Shown: positions 30,966 to 38,914 of the stretch, in pieces
Position numbering within the stretch: the stretch's first letter is position 1
Layout of the letters: the number at the start of each line of letters is the position of its first letter
Source: an uncultured Planctomycetota bacterium
GTDB lineage: Bacteria > Planctomycetota > Planctomycetia > Pirellulales > Lacipirellulaceae
Length of the DNA: 64,000 nucleotides
Reading direction: 5' to 3'
Assembly: GCA_963719315.1 (NCBI GenBank)
Contig: CAVRBU010000004.1
Span: forward strand, 640,001 to 704,000
Made by a program: the position numbers and the translations under genes
The notes under the pieces: generated by a model
What the model was told of the DNA's origin: nothing
Databases searched by the model: none
What the model saw: the letters and a program-made list of their open reading frames with translations, nothing else

Positions 30966-31973
30966 CTACAATTGATCGTCCGCGGCAATATCGTTCGAGT
31001 CGCGGGTAAACAGCGATACAAAAACATCTGGATCAATCGAGGTCGAAATGAAATGCACCGCGCCGTCGCCAAAGCCAAAATACGCGCCACCAACGTGAAA
31101 ACTGTAGATTTCTTCGTTGTTGTTGCAGTTAAAGAAGCTATCGCCGCAACGATCGTGAATGACATACCAATTGGCATTGTCGGCCCAACTCTCGCCGCCT
31201 TGGGTCTCGCCGCTGTTGCCGCCGATGCCCGCAATAACCGCCTGTCCGTCTTTATACCGGACCGGCGCCGCACCAGTCTCGAACCACATCATCGTATTCG
31301 ATAGTCCATCGGTCGTGGACTTCAGGCGCGCATATTCGCTTATGGTCTTGGTGTAGTCGGCTTCATTCCAAAGCACACTGTAATACCCTCCCTTGGAATT
31401 GGGGCGCGCGATTACTTTCTTGGCTTTGATCATCTCGTCGAGTGCCTTGCCGCTTGCGTTGCTGAAAGCATCGCAAACGCGATAATCGATGGCTCCGGGC
31501 GTCTCGTTGCGCGGTTCCGGTACGGTCGGACAACGAAAGACGTTGACGCGAATCTGGTTGATCTCGTGGTTGCTACGCGCCTGATTGGGTGCTTTTGCCG
31601 TCTCGTCCCAGTTCAAATCGAAACTATATTGGTCAGCCAGGGCCGTTTCTTCGATGTACGGCAACAGGTAGGACAACGTCGAATGCCCAACTGCGTTTTT
31701 CTTGACCGGGTTGGTAGGATCTGGTTTCAATTCGATCCACTTCGAAGGCGGTAGTACCTTGCGCTGCGTTTCATAATTGAGCGTAGCCAACCCGATTTGC
31801 TTCATGTTGCTCTGGCATTGAGCACGTCGTGCCGCTTCGCGCGCAGCCTGGATCGCCGGAAGAAGCAGGGCGACGAGAATACCAATGATGGCGATGACGA
31901 CCAGCAGCTCGACCAACGTAAAGCCAGTCGAGCTGCCCGCTGCCCCGGTCGTCCTGCAACATTTAGATTGCAT
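30966..31973 (-). CDS. DUF1559 prepilin-type N-methylation domain protein
   Basis: [38 protein letters not shown]-terminal H-X9-DG ([13 protein letters not shown]). Confidence 0.95.
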   Translation of the reverse strand: MQSKCCRTTGAAGSSTGFTLVELLVVIAIIGILVALLLPAIQAAREAARRAQCQSNMKQIGLATLNYETQRKVLPPSKWIELKPDPTNPVKKNAVGHSTLSYLLPYIEETALADQYSFDLNWDETAKAPNQARSNHEINQIRVNVFRCPTVPEPRNETPGAIDYRVCDAFSNASGKALDEMIKAKKVIARPNSKGGYYSVLWNEADYTKTISEYARLKSTTDGLSNTMMWFETGAAPVRYKDGQAVIAGIGGNSGETQGGESWADNANWYVIHDRCGDSFFNCNNNEEIYSFHVGGAYFGFGDGAVHFISTSIDPDVFVSLFTRDSNDIAADDQL

Positions 31974-32000
31974 GGTTTTGCACCCTTTGAGTTTGGTTGT

Positions 32001-33719
32001 TCATGCGCTTCGAGATCGAATGGCAACAAGTGCTGCGCATATGATCATGCCCAGAAGCCAAGTGGCAGGCTCAGGGATGACAGCCCCGTTCAGCGCGCCG
32101 CTGCCAGACGTATTCCCGAATCGCGCTCGCCAAGCGTTGTAGTCTTCCTGTGTAACCTGGCCGGGCGTTGTGCCCGACACTTCGTTTGAAAGTTGAAAGG
32201 AAGTTCCATTGTTTTTACGCCAGACGACGTAATCGGCGGCATCCACAACGCCGTTTTCGTTGTAGTCGCCAGCCACGCCGGCCGGCGCAACGCTCAAATC
32301 GGAAAACACGACTAATCGCGGCCTGGCGGCCGTGTCATCCGAACCACTGAGGTGGATCTGCCAGCCATCGGTCGTATCCACGTCGTGCAAAACGGCCAAA
32401 CCATGGTCGGTCGTCCCGGTGCGAATACCTTCAAGATAGCTCGTCACGTCGAACCATACTTCACTACCGGTAGTCATGCCCTGCTCAATGTCCACTGCCG
32501 TAGCATCGATGTCGCCATCGGCCGATTGCAAGCCAGGATCGGCGCCGAAATCCTCGGAGTAGAGGCTGGTCGCATCCCAATCCCTCTGCATCGCATACGC
32601 CGCCCATTTGTCGCCTGAGCGGGCGTTTGCGCTGTTCTCGCCGGTGGTCAGAACGAGCCAGGCCTTGGCAACCGACTTATCGGCTGGCGCCTGGCCTGCA
32701 CCACCGCCAAATACATTGTTGAATTTGAACAGGCCGAAGTCGTCGGGAGATGTTAGTACTCCGGGATCAACGCCAAACGCCGGTCCATCCAGGAACTGCT
32801 GAAAGCTCGTGAGAGTCGTTGGCGCCGGATCGATCGTCGAGGTAGCTGAAACGGTTGGGTCGCCAGAGAAGCCGTCGTATGTTATGTCGTCAACACTGGG
32901 ATCTGGGTTGGTTCCGCTGGCGGTTTGAATCGTGCCGCTCCGCACCCAGGCCATCGTATCGCCTGTGTATCCGTTCAGATCGCGCTGAAACGTATTCACG
33001 GCAACAGGGTCCGTCGTGTAAGTCACCGAAAGCATGGGACGATCGGCAACGACTGAATAGCCGCTGGTATAGTAGTTCCAGCCATCGGAGGTACCCGTAT
33101 AGCCCGCTTGAATCGTAAAGCCGAAGTTGTTGTCTCCCTCGGGGTCGCTGGACCACTGTTGGATAAGCGGTCGTATTTTGGCGATTCCAACGTCGTTTTG
33201 CGTCAGAGTTCCGTAGCCGCCGACAGGACGAGTCGAATACCCGTCTTGCCACCAGGGGCCGCGATATCCCAATGGATCAGCGGACGGAAAGTCGATGTAT
33301 CTCGTTGCGAGGGTAAATGGCTGCAATAGGTTGGCAACTCCCCAAGGACCTGGAGTGTTTGCACTGCCGCCGTTCGTCGTTTTCAAACGCAATGTGGCAT
33401 CAAGAATCGTCGCCCCGAGCGGGATTTTTCCCGCACCCGCGCCGAAAATGTTGTCGAAGCGCGTGAGACTCGGTTGGTCCGGCGAAAACTCATTTGCCAT
33501 TGTTTGCGGATCATCTGGACGGTAGCCATCGACCCCATAGTTTGTGACGGTAGAGCCATCCGTTCCATCGCCGCCGGTATTCATGCTGACTCGTAATTCG
33601 GTAATGTCCGTGTAGCCGTTGGCATCGTCTTTTTGGAATGTTACCGTCGTCGAGCTAACAGCCAGTGCCCAGCTCGCGGGAATTAGCGCCAAGACGATTG
33701 AAGTGATTGAAATTCGCAT
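32001..33719 (-). CDS. PEP-CTERM surface protein with two DNRLRE-like beta domains and a dockerin-like tail
   Basis: Signal peptide; two internally similar units (TFQ..NGYT, F-N-FG-GAG, A-L-L-T, RP-L-V); GDYNENGVVDAADYVVWRK; IPEPATWLLG...RSRS. Confidence 0.75.
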   Translation of the reverse strand: MRISITSIVLALIPASWALAVSSTTVTFQKDDANGYTDITELRVSMNTGGDGTDGSTVTNYGVDGYRPDDPQTMANEFSPDQPSLTRFDNIFGAGAGKIPLGATILDATLRLKTTNGGSANTPGPWGVANLLQPFTLATRYIDFPSADPLGYRGPWWQDGYSTRPVGGYGTLTQNDVGIAKIRPLIQQWSSDPEGDNNFGFTIQAGYTGTSDGWNYYTSGYSVVADRPMLSVTYTTDPVAVNTFQRDLNGYTGDTMAWVRSGTIQTASGTNPDPSVDDITYDGFSGDPTVSATSTIDPAPTTLTSFQQFLDGPAFGVDPGVLTSPDDFGLFKFNNVFGGGAGQAPADKSVAKAWLVLTTGENSANARSGDKWAAYAMQRDWDATSLYSEDFGADPGLQSADGDIDATAVDIEQGMTTGSEVWFDVTSYLEGIRTGTTDHGLAVLHDVDTTDGWQIHLSGSDDTAARPRLVVFSDLSVAPAGVAGDYNENGVVDAADYVVWRKNNGTSFQLSNEVSGTTPGQVTQEDYNAWRARFGNTSGSGALNGAVIPEPATWLLGMIICAALVAIRSRSA

Positions 33720-33849
33720 TGCAGTGCCTCATGAGTAAAGGAAAAGGTTGGTTCGCTAGTTTTAGCGTGCCCATGTGAAGCCCCGGTGAATTTTCCGCTA
33801 AATTCCTCTTGGTTCCCTGTTTCAAGTCCAGCAGAATTAACCGCTCGTG

Positions 33850-35426
33850 CTAATTTGCCCCATCGCGAGCGCCATTCATCTCCATTGCCTCCTCTCTCTC
33901 GCGATCGCGTGCTCTTCCATTTCCGTTGGCCAGTGCCATGTGAGGCGCCGCTGCCCCGACGGCGCCGACTTGCTCGCGATAGCGAGCAATTTCTGATTGT
34001 ATTCTCGATTCGTCCCAATTGAGTTCGGAAGCCATCCATCGCGCGGCTTGGCCAGCCACTTCGACATGGTCGCGGCGATAATGCCGCCAACTCGTGCGGC
34101 GGACCATCAGGTCCTCTAACCGCCGGGTCCATTCATTGCGGCAGAAATGCCTGACCAGCACCTCCGATACGGGCGGCGGCACGATGCCGCTGATGCCGGA
34201 TGTCGCGCTCGGCTCCAACAGCGGGACGTACGATGTTTCACACTTGTGGCTGCCTGCCCCCAAGAACTTCGCGATGGCTGTGACCGTTTCCTCGGCCATC
34301 AAGCGATACGTCGTCAGCTTGCCGCCCGTCACGTCCCACCAGCCGGGCTCATTCATCTTGATTTCGTGGCGGCGGGAAATATCCGACGGATTGCCGTTCC
34401 GATCGGCGACCAATGGCCGCAATCCGGCCCACGTGCTGACTAGATCGGCCTTTGTCAGCCCGGCCTGGGGAAATGCAGCGTTGGTGACCTCCAGGATGTA
34501 TTGAATGTCGGCTTCGTCGCAGGTGGGCTCTCCGAGCGGGCCTTGATAGTCGGTGTCGGTCGTGCCCAGGATCACGCGCTCGCCCCACGGAATCGCGAAC
34601 AGAATTCGGTCGCCCTCCGTCATCACGACAGCATCTGGAACCGGAAGTCGATGCCGATCGATGACCAGGTGGACGCCCTTTGTCAGGCGGAGCGAAGTGT
34701 TCGCATGAGGAAGTTTGTCCGACCAAGGCCCCGTCGCGTTCACGACCGTCCGCGTGCTGACCTGAAACGATTCGCCCGACTCGGTGTCCTTTAGATTGCA
34801 CTGCCACAAATCGCCGCTGCGCGAAGCGTCAACGAGTTGCAGATAGTTGATTGCAACTGCGCCGTGCGCGGCGGCCGAGCGAATCGTATCGAGGACCAGC
34901 CGTGCATCGTTCGTCAAGGCGTCGAAATAGCGAACGGCCCCCGTCAGGTTTTGTGTCGACAAGCCTGGCAGAACTTCGGTCGTTTTGCGCGTCCGAATAC
35001 GCTGCTGCGGCCGAAATTCCGCATCGCGCACAGTAAATCGTAAAGTTTGACGCCGACAGCCAGTTTCCAGAGCGACCAGCTCGTGCCCTTTCGCGTCGGG
35101 AAAATAAACGCCAGCGGCTGCGCCAAATGAGGAGCGATGTGCCCGATCGCGCGCTTTTCGCGGCTAGCCTCGCGCACCAGGGCAACGCGTCCCTGTGCCA
35201 AATAACGTATGCCCCCGTGCAATAGGCGACTCGATCGGCTACTGGTGCCCGAGGCAAAATCGCCTTGCTCAACCAAGGCGGTTTTGAAACCGCGCATCGC
35301 CGCGTCGCGAGCGACGCCGGCCCCGACGATGCCGCCGCCGATCACGAGCACGTCCAATGGTCGATGCAAAAGCTCTGCCAACTCGGTTTGGCGCGCGCTC
35401 GAAGTGGATTCGACGTTTGTGCGCAT
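33850..35426 (-). CDS. glpD: FAD-dependent glycerol-3-phosphate dehydrogenase; frameshift at the T4 run 34983-34986
   Basis: IGGGIVGAG, DFASGTSSRSSRLLHGGIRYL, DARL, VNATGPW, KGVHL, GTTD, WAGLRPL, SRRH, GGKLTTYRLMAE. Confidence 0.92.
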
Positions 35427-35435
35427 AGACCCACC

Positions 35436-35476
35436 AAAACGAAAATAGCCCCGCGGTGCAAAACCGCGGGGCCATT
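35436..35476 (-). terminator. Intrinsic terminator in the glpD 5' leader
   Basis: Minus strand GCCCCGCGGT-tttgc-ACCGCGGGGC (arms 35472-35463 and 35457-35448) followed by TATTTTCGTTTT, ending ~10 nt before the glpD ATG. Confidence 0.82.
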
Positions 35477-35495
35477 CTCTTTATTCTCTTGGCCC
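35469..35495 (-). promoter_or_regulatory. Candidate antiterminator hairpin / GlpP-binding site
   Basis: GGGCCA (35495-35490) can pair with TGGCCC (35474-35469), which is part of the terminator 5' arm; a tandem AAGAGAAT repeat (35490-35483, 35481-35474) lies across the loop. Confidence 0.55.
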
Positions 35496-35585
35496 TAGCA
35501 ATGCATTTCGATTATGATCGAATTTGTGCCGGGCAAACACTCACGTCTAAACAAAGTTAAGAATGAGATTCCGCCCGACAGACGC

Positions 35586-35615
35586 AGTGTAACGAAGCTC
35601 CTTCGCGTCTGTCAA
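35586..35615 (-). promoter_or_regulatory. Sigma70-like promoter for the glpD leader
   Basis: TTGACA (35615-35610), 18-nt spacer, TACACT (35591-35586); flanked by a 9-bp inverted repeat gacagacgc (35577-35585) / gcgtctgtc (35605-35613). Confidence 0.65.
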
Positions 35616-35700
35616 GTAGTTTTGCGTTTTTCGGCTTTTCTGTGACGCAGTGCCAATTATTTCGGGGCGATTCGGTTCGGAAACGAACGGAAAGGGTCCA

Positions 35701-36282
35701 ATGCGACGAAAGTCCATTGATGCCTGTTTTCGCAAACATGTGATCCCGGTGATCTGGGATCCTGGGCCACAAAGCGAGCTTTTGGCCCGGGCGAGCGCCG
35801 TTTTTCTCCAGGGCGGCGCTCTGGGAGATTTGGTCCGCGTGCTCGATCTGTTCCGTACGCCGCGGCTAGAGCATTTGCCGCTCTTCGTACATGTGGATTT
35901 GGTTGCCGGCTTGGAAAATAGCGAAGCGGGGCTCGAATTTCTCGCCGGTTTCGAACGCATCTCGGGTGTGGTGACAGTACACCATCATTTGTCATCTGCT
36001 GCCAGGCGACACGGATTATTGTCGATCGTACGCCTCTTTTTGTCCGATAGCCGGGCTGTGGATCGCGGTGTCTCGGTGGTTAGCAAGTCGCACCCGGATG
36101 CCGTCGAAATCTTGCCGGCGGTGGTTGCCGCAAAAGTTGCGAGCGACTTCGCCACTTGCCGCATCCCGCGAATTGCCGGCGGCTTGTGCCGCACCGAAGC
36201 GGATGTGGCCGAAGTGCTCGCCAGCGGCTGCCGAGCCGTGACAAGCACGTCGCCTGCACTTTGGAAGCTCAACCCCGCGTAA
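35701..36282 (+). CDS. glpP: Glycerol-3-phosphate-responsive antiterminator GlpP
   Basis: FVHVDLVAGL, RLFLSDS, PDAVEILP, IAGGL, AVTSTS--LW; ~190 aa; divergent from glpD. Confidence 0.88.
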   Translation: MRRKSIDACFRKHVIPVIWDPGPQSELLARASAVFLQGGALGDLVRVLDLFRTPRLEHLPLFVHVDLVAGLENSEAGLEFLAGFERISGVVTVHHHLSSAARRHGLLSIVRLFLSDSRAVDRGVSVVSKSHPDAVEILPAVVAAKVASDFATCRIPRIAGGLCRTEADVAEVLASGCRAVTSTSPALWKLNPA

Positions 36283-36498
36283 TTACTGGATCGATCCGCG
36301 CGAAGACTTGTAATGTGTAGAAACTCAAACAGGCCCTTCTTGCCCACTAGAAGAGTCAGAATCATCGAACACTTGCCGTTCTTCTGCTCTCCCCGTTGGT
36401 TCTGATCGTAAGCGAGATTGCGAAAGGTCTCAGTTCATTATCTCTCCAAGGCCGCCACGATAGAATCCCAACCAACTGCAATTATCGTTGCTAACGCG

Positions 36499-37305
36499 AT
36501 GCCGGAACTTAGCAAAATACGTCACTTCGTGCTCGACCTGGACGGCACGATCTATCTTGGTAAAAAACTCTTTCCCCAGACGCTGCCGTTCCTTGCCACG
36601 CTCAAGAAGCTGGGCATCAGCCATAGCTTCATGACCAACAACTGCTCGCGGAGCCGGGCCGAGTACATGCACCACTTGCGCCAAATCGGTATCGAAGCGA
36701 ACGAGCATTCGATCTTGACGTCGGCTCACGCGGCAATCCATCATCTTACGGTCAATTTGCCGCGCGTGAAGCGGCTGTTCGTCCTGGGAACGGCCGGCCT
36801 GCGCGACGACTTTCGACTGGCCGACTTCAGCGTGGTGGAAGACACACCCGATGCCGTTGTCGTGGGATTCGACACGGCGCTCGATTACGACGGACTTTGC
36901 CAAACGGCATATTGGATCAGCCGCGGACTGCCGTACATCGCGACGCACCCCGATCGAGTCTGCCCAACCGATCGGCCAATCGTGTTGCCCGATTGCGGGG
37001 CGATTTGCGCCCTGTTGGAAACGGCCACCGGCCGGCGGCCAGATGCAATCCCCGGCAAGCCGAACCCCGCGATGTTACAGACCGTCTTTGCCCAGCACGA
37101 ACTTGAGCCCGGCGAGGTCGCTTTGGTCGGTGACCGGCTCTACACCGATATCCGCATGGCCCGTGACGCTGGAGCCGTCGCCGTTCTAACTCTCACCGGC
37201 GAAACGCAACGCGCGGATATAGCAGCCTGCCCCGAATCCCATCGTCCGGACGTTGTCGTCGCCGACCTTGGCGACTTGCAACACCTGTTAGAAACCGCGC
37301 ATTGA
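36499..37305 (+). CDS. HAD-IIA family phosphatase (NagD-like)
   Basis: LDLDGTIY, MTNN, VVVGFD, GKP, VGDRLYTDI, LTGE. Confidence 0.9.
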   Translation: MPELSKIRHFVLDLDGTIYLGKKLFPQTLPFLATLKKLGISHSFMTNNCSRSRAEYMHHLRQIGIEANEHSILTSAHAAIHHLTVNLPRVKRLFVLGTAGLRDDFRLADFSVVEDTPDAVVVGFDTALDYDGLCQTAYWISRGLPYIATHPDRVCPTDRPIVLPDCGAICALLETATGRRPDAIPGKPNPAMLQTVFAQHELEPGEVALVGDRLYTDIRMARDAGAVAVLTLTGETQRADIAACPESHRPDVVVADLGDLQHLLETAH

Positions 37306-37328
37306 ACTCTTTTCGGGCCCTTCGCACA

Positions 37329-38693
37329 ATGATCGACCTATTCGCGCCACTCAAACGATTGTACGCACCGCCGCCAGCGGCTCCGCGCCTGCCTGAAGTG
37401 GAAGTCGAGCGGGTCTATCCCGACTATCGCTGGCGAGCGCTCGAGGCGACGTTTATCGGCTACGCGACATTTTACTTGCTCCGCGGCAATAGTGTTTCCA
37501 CGGTCACTTTGGAAATGCAACATGCTTTGCATTACACCAAGGCGATGATCGGCAACATGGGGGCGTTTCTAGCGCTAACCTATGGGTTCAGCAAATTCCT
37601 CATGGGGGCCATCTCCGATCGCAGCGACGCCCGCAAATTCATGGCCACGGGGCTCTTGATGACGTCGATTTGCAATTTCGCATTCGGGGCCGCGACTTCC
37701 TATCAGGCGCACTTTTGGTTGTGGGGACTAAACGGTTTTTTCCAAGGGATGGGCTGGCCACCGTGCGGCCGCGTGATGGGCCACTGGTTCAGCGAATCAG
37801 AGCGCGGGCTCACGTTCAGCATCTGGAACACGTCGCACAACATCGGCGGTGGAGTCGCCGGCGTGCTCGCCGCCTGGGCCGTCACGACATTTGGCGGTTG
37901 GCAATATGCATTCTTCGTGCCGGGCGCGATCGCGGTGGTCGGCGCCTTATACTTGTTCTTGCGATTGCGGGACACTCCACAATCGGTCGGGTTGCCGCCC
38001 ATTGAAGAGTTTCGCAACGACTTTCCGGCCGGCGGGCTACCGGAAGAGGAGTTGGAACGCCAGCTTTCCTACCGCGAACTATTCGTCGATAAGGTGCTGC
38101 TCAATCCCTACGTTTGGCTGCTGGCGATCGCAAATTTCTTCGCCTACATCACGCGCTATAGCATGCTCGATTGGGGCCCCACCTACCTGCGCGAGGTGAA
38201 GGGCGCCAGTTTAGGTGAAGGCGGCTTCGCGCTAATGGCAATCGAGTTCGGCGGCGTTCCCTCCACGATCTTCTTCGGCTGGGTCTCCGATCGCATCGGC
38301 GGGCGGCGCGGCATGGTCGCCGCGCTCTGCATGCTGCCGATCATCGCCGCGTTCGCCACGATTGCCAAGACTCCGCCCGGGTACCTATGGTTCGATTACT
38401 TGATGCTTATGACAATTGGTTGCTTCATCTATCCGGTCATCAATCTCATCACGATCGCCGCGCTCGATTTGGTTTCTAAAAAGGCCATCGGCACCGCCGC
38501 CGGTTTCATCGGCTTATTTGGCTATCTCGGCAAGATGGTCCAATCCTCCGGCATCGGCTGGACCGTCGACGAATATACCAAGTCGCGCGGCGCCGAAGGG
38601 GCCTGGTCGATCGTTCTCAGCGCGATCCTAATATCCGCCGGCATCTCGACCGTTCTGCTGGCGGCGACTTGGAAACTGCGGCCGCGGGCGTAG
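37329..38693 (+). CDS. glpT: GlpT-like organophosphate:phosphate antiporter (MFS, OPA family)
   Basis: YGFSKF, SDRS, NGFFQGMGWPPCGR, ERG--FSIWNTSHNIGG, RDTPQSVGLPPIEE, DWGPTYL, GTAAGFIGLFGYLG. Confidence 0.88.
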   Translation: MIDLFAPLKRLYAPPPAAPRLPEVEVERVYPDYRWRALEATFIGYATFYLLRGNSVSTVTLEMQHALHYTKAMIGNMGAFLALTYGFSKFLMGAISDRSDARKFMATGLLMTSICNFAFGAATSYQAHFWLWGLNGFFQGMGWPPCGRVMGHWFSESERGLTFSIWNTSHNIGGGVAGVLAAWAVTTFGGWQYAFFVPGAIAVVGALYLFLRLRDTPQSVGLPPIEEFRNDFPAGGLPEEELERQLSYRELFVDKVLLNPYVWLLAIANFFAYITRYSMLDWGPTYLREVKGASLGEGGFALMAIEFGGVPSTIFFGWVSDRIGGRRGMVAALCMLPIIAAFATIAKTPPGYLWFDYLMLMTIGCFIYPVINLITIAALDLVSKKAIGTAAGFIGLFGYLGKMVQSSGIGWTVDEYTKSRGAEGAWSIVLSAILISAGISTVLLAATWKLRPRA

Positions 38694-38704
38694 CTGCGGG
38701 CCAA

Positions 38705-38890
38705 CTAAACGCAATCAGGACTGAATTCTATAATCAGCTCCCAATCGGTGAGATTGGCGATTTCGTACAGCAGCTCGTCCGACTCCGTCGAACAAACTTT
38801 CACGCGCCGCTGCGGCCCGCCGAGCGCGATCCGCTTGTGGTCCGCGCTGATGTCCGCGGCCAGCACCGCATCCAAGTTTTCGCCATGAAT
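38705..38890 (-). pseudogene. Isolated WD40-repeat fragment
   Basis: LDAVLAADISADHKRIALGGPQRRVKVCST...LTDW...EFSPD resembles a blade of planctomycete cytochrome-c/WD40 proteins; no full gene around it. Confidence 0.55.
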
Positions 38891-38914
38891 CGATGCCATC
38901 CGCAAAATCCGTGG

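Noticed and set aside
33754..33812. Second GlpP-type leader before the PEP-CTERM gene (CCAAGAGGAAT plus short tttagcg/cgctaaa repeats)
   Set aside because: Stems are only 5-7 bp and AT-rich, with no convincing terminator; too weak to call.
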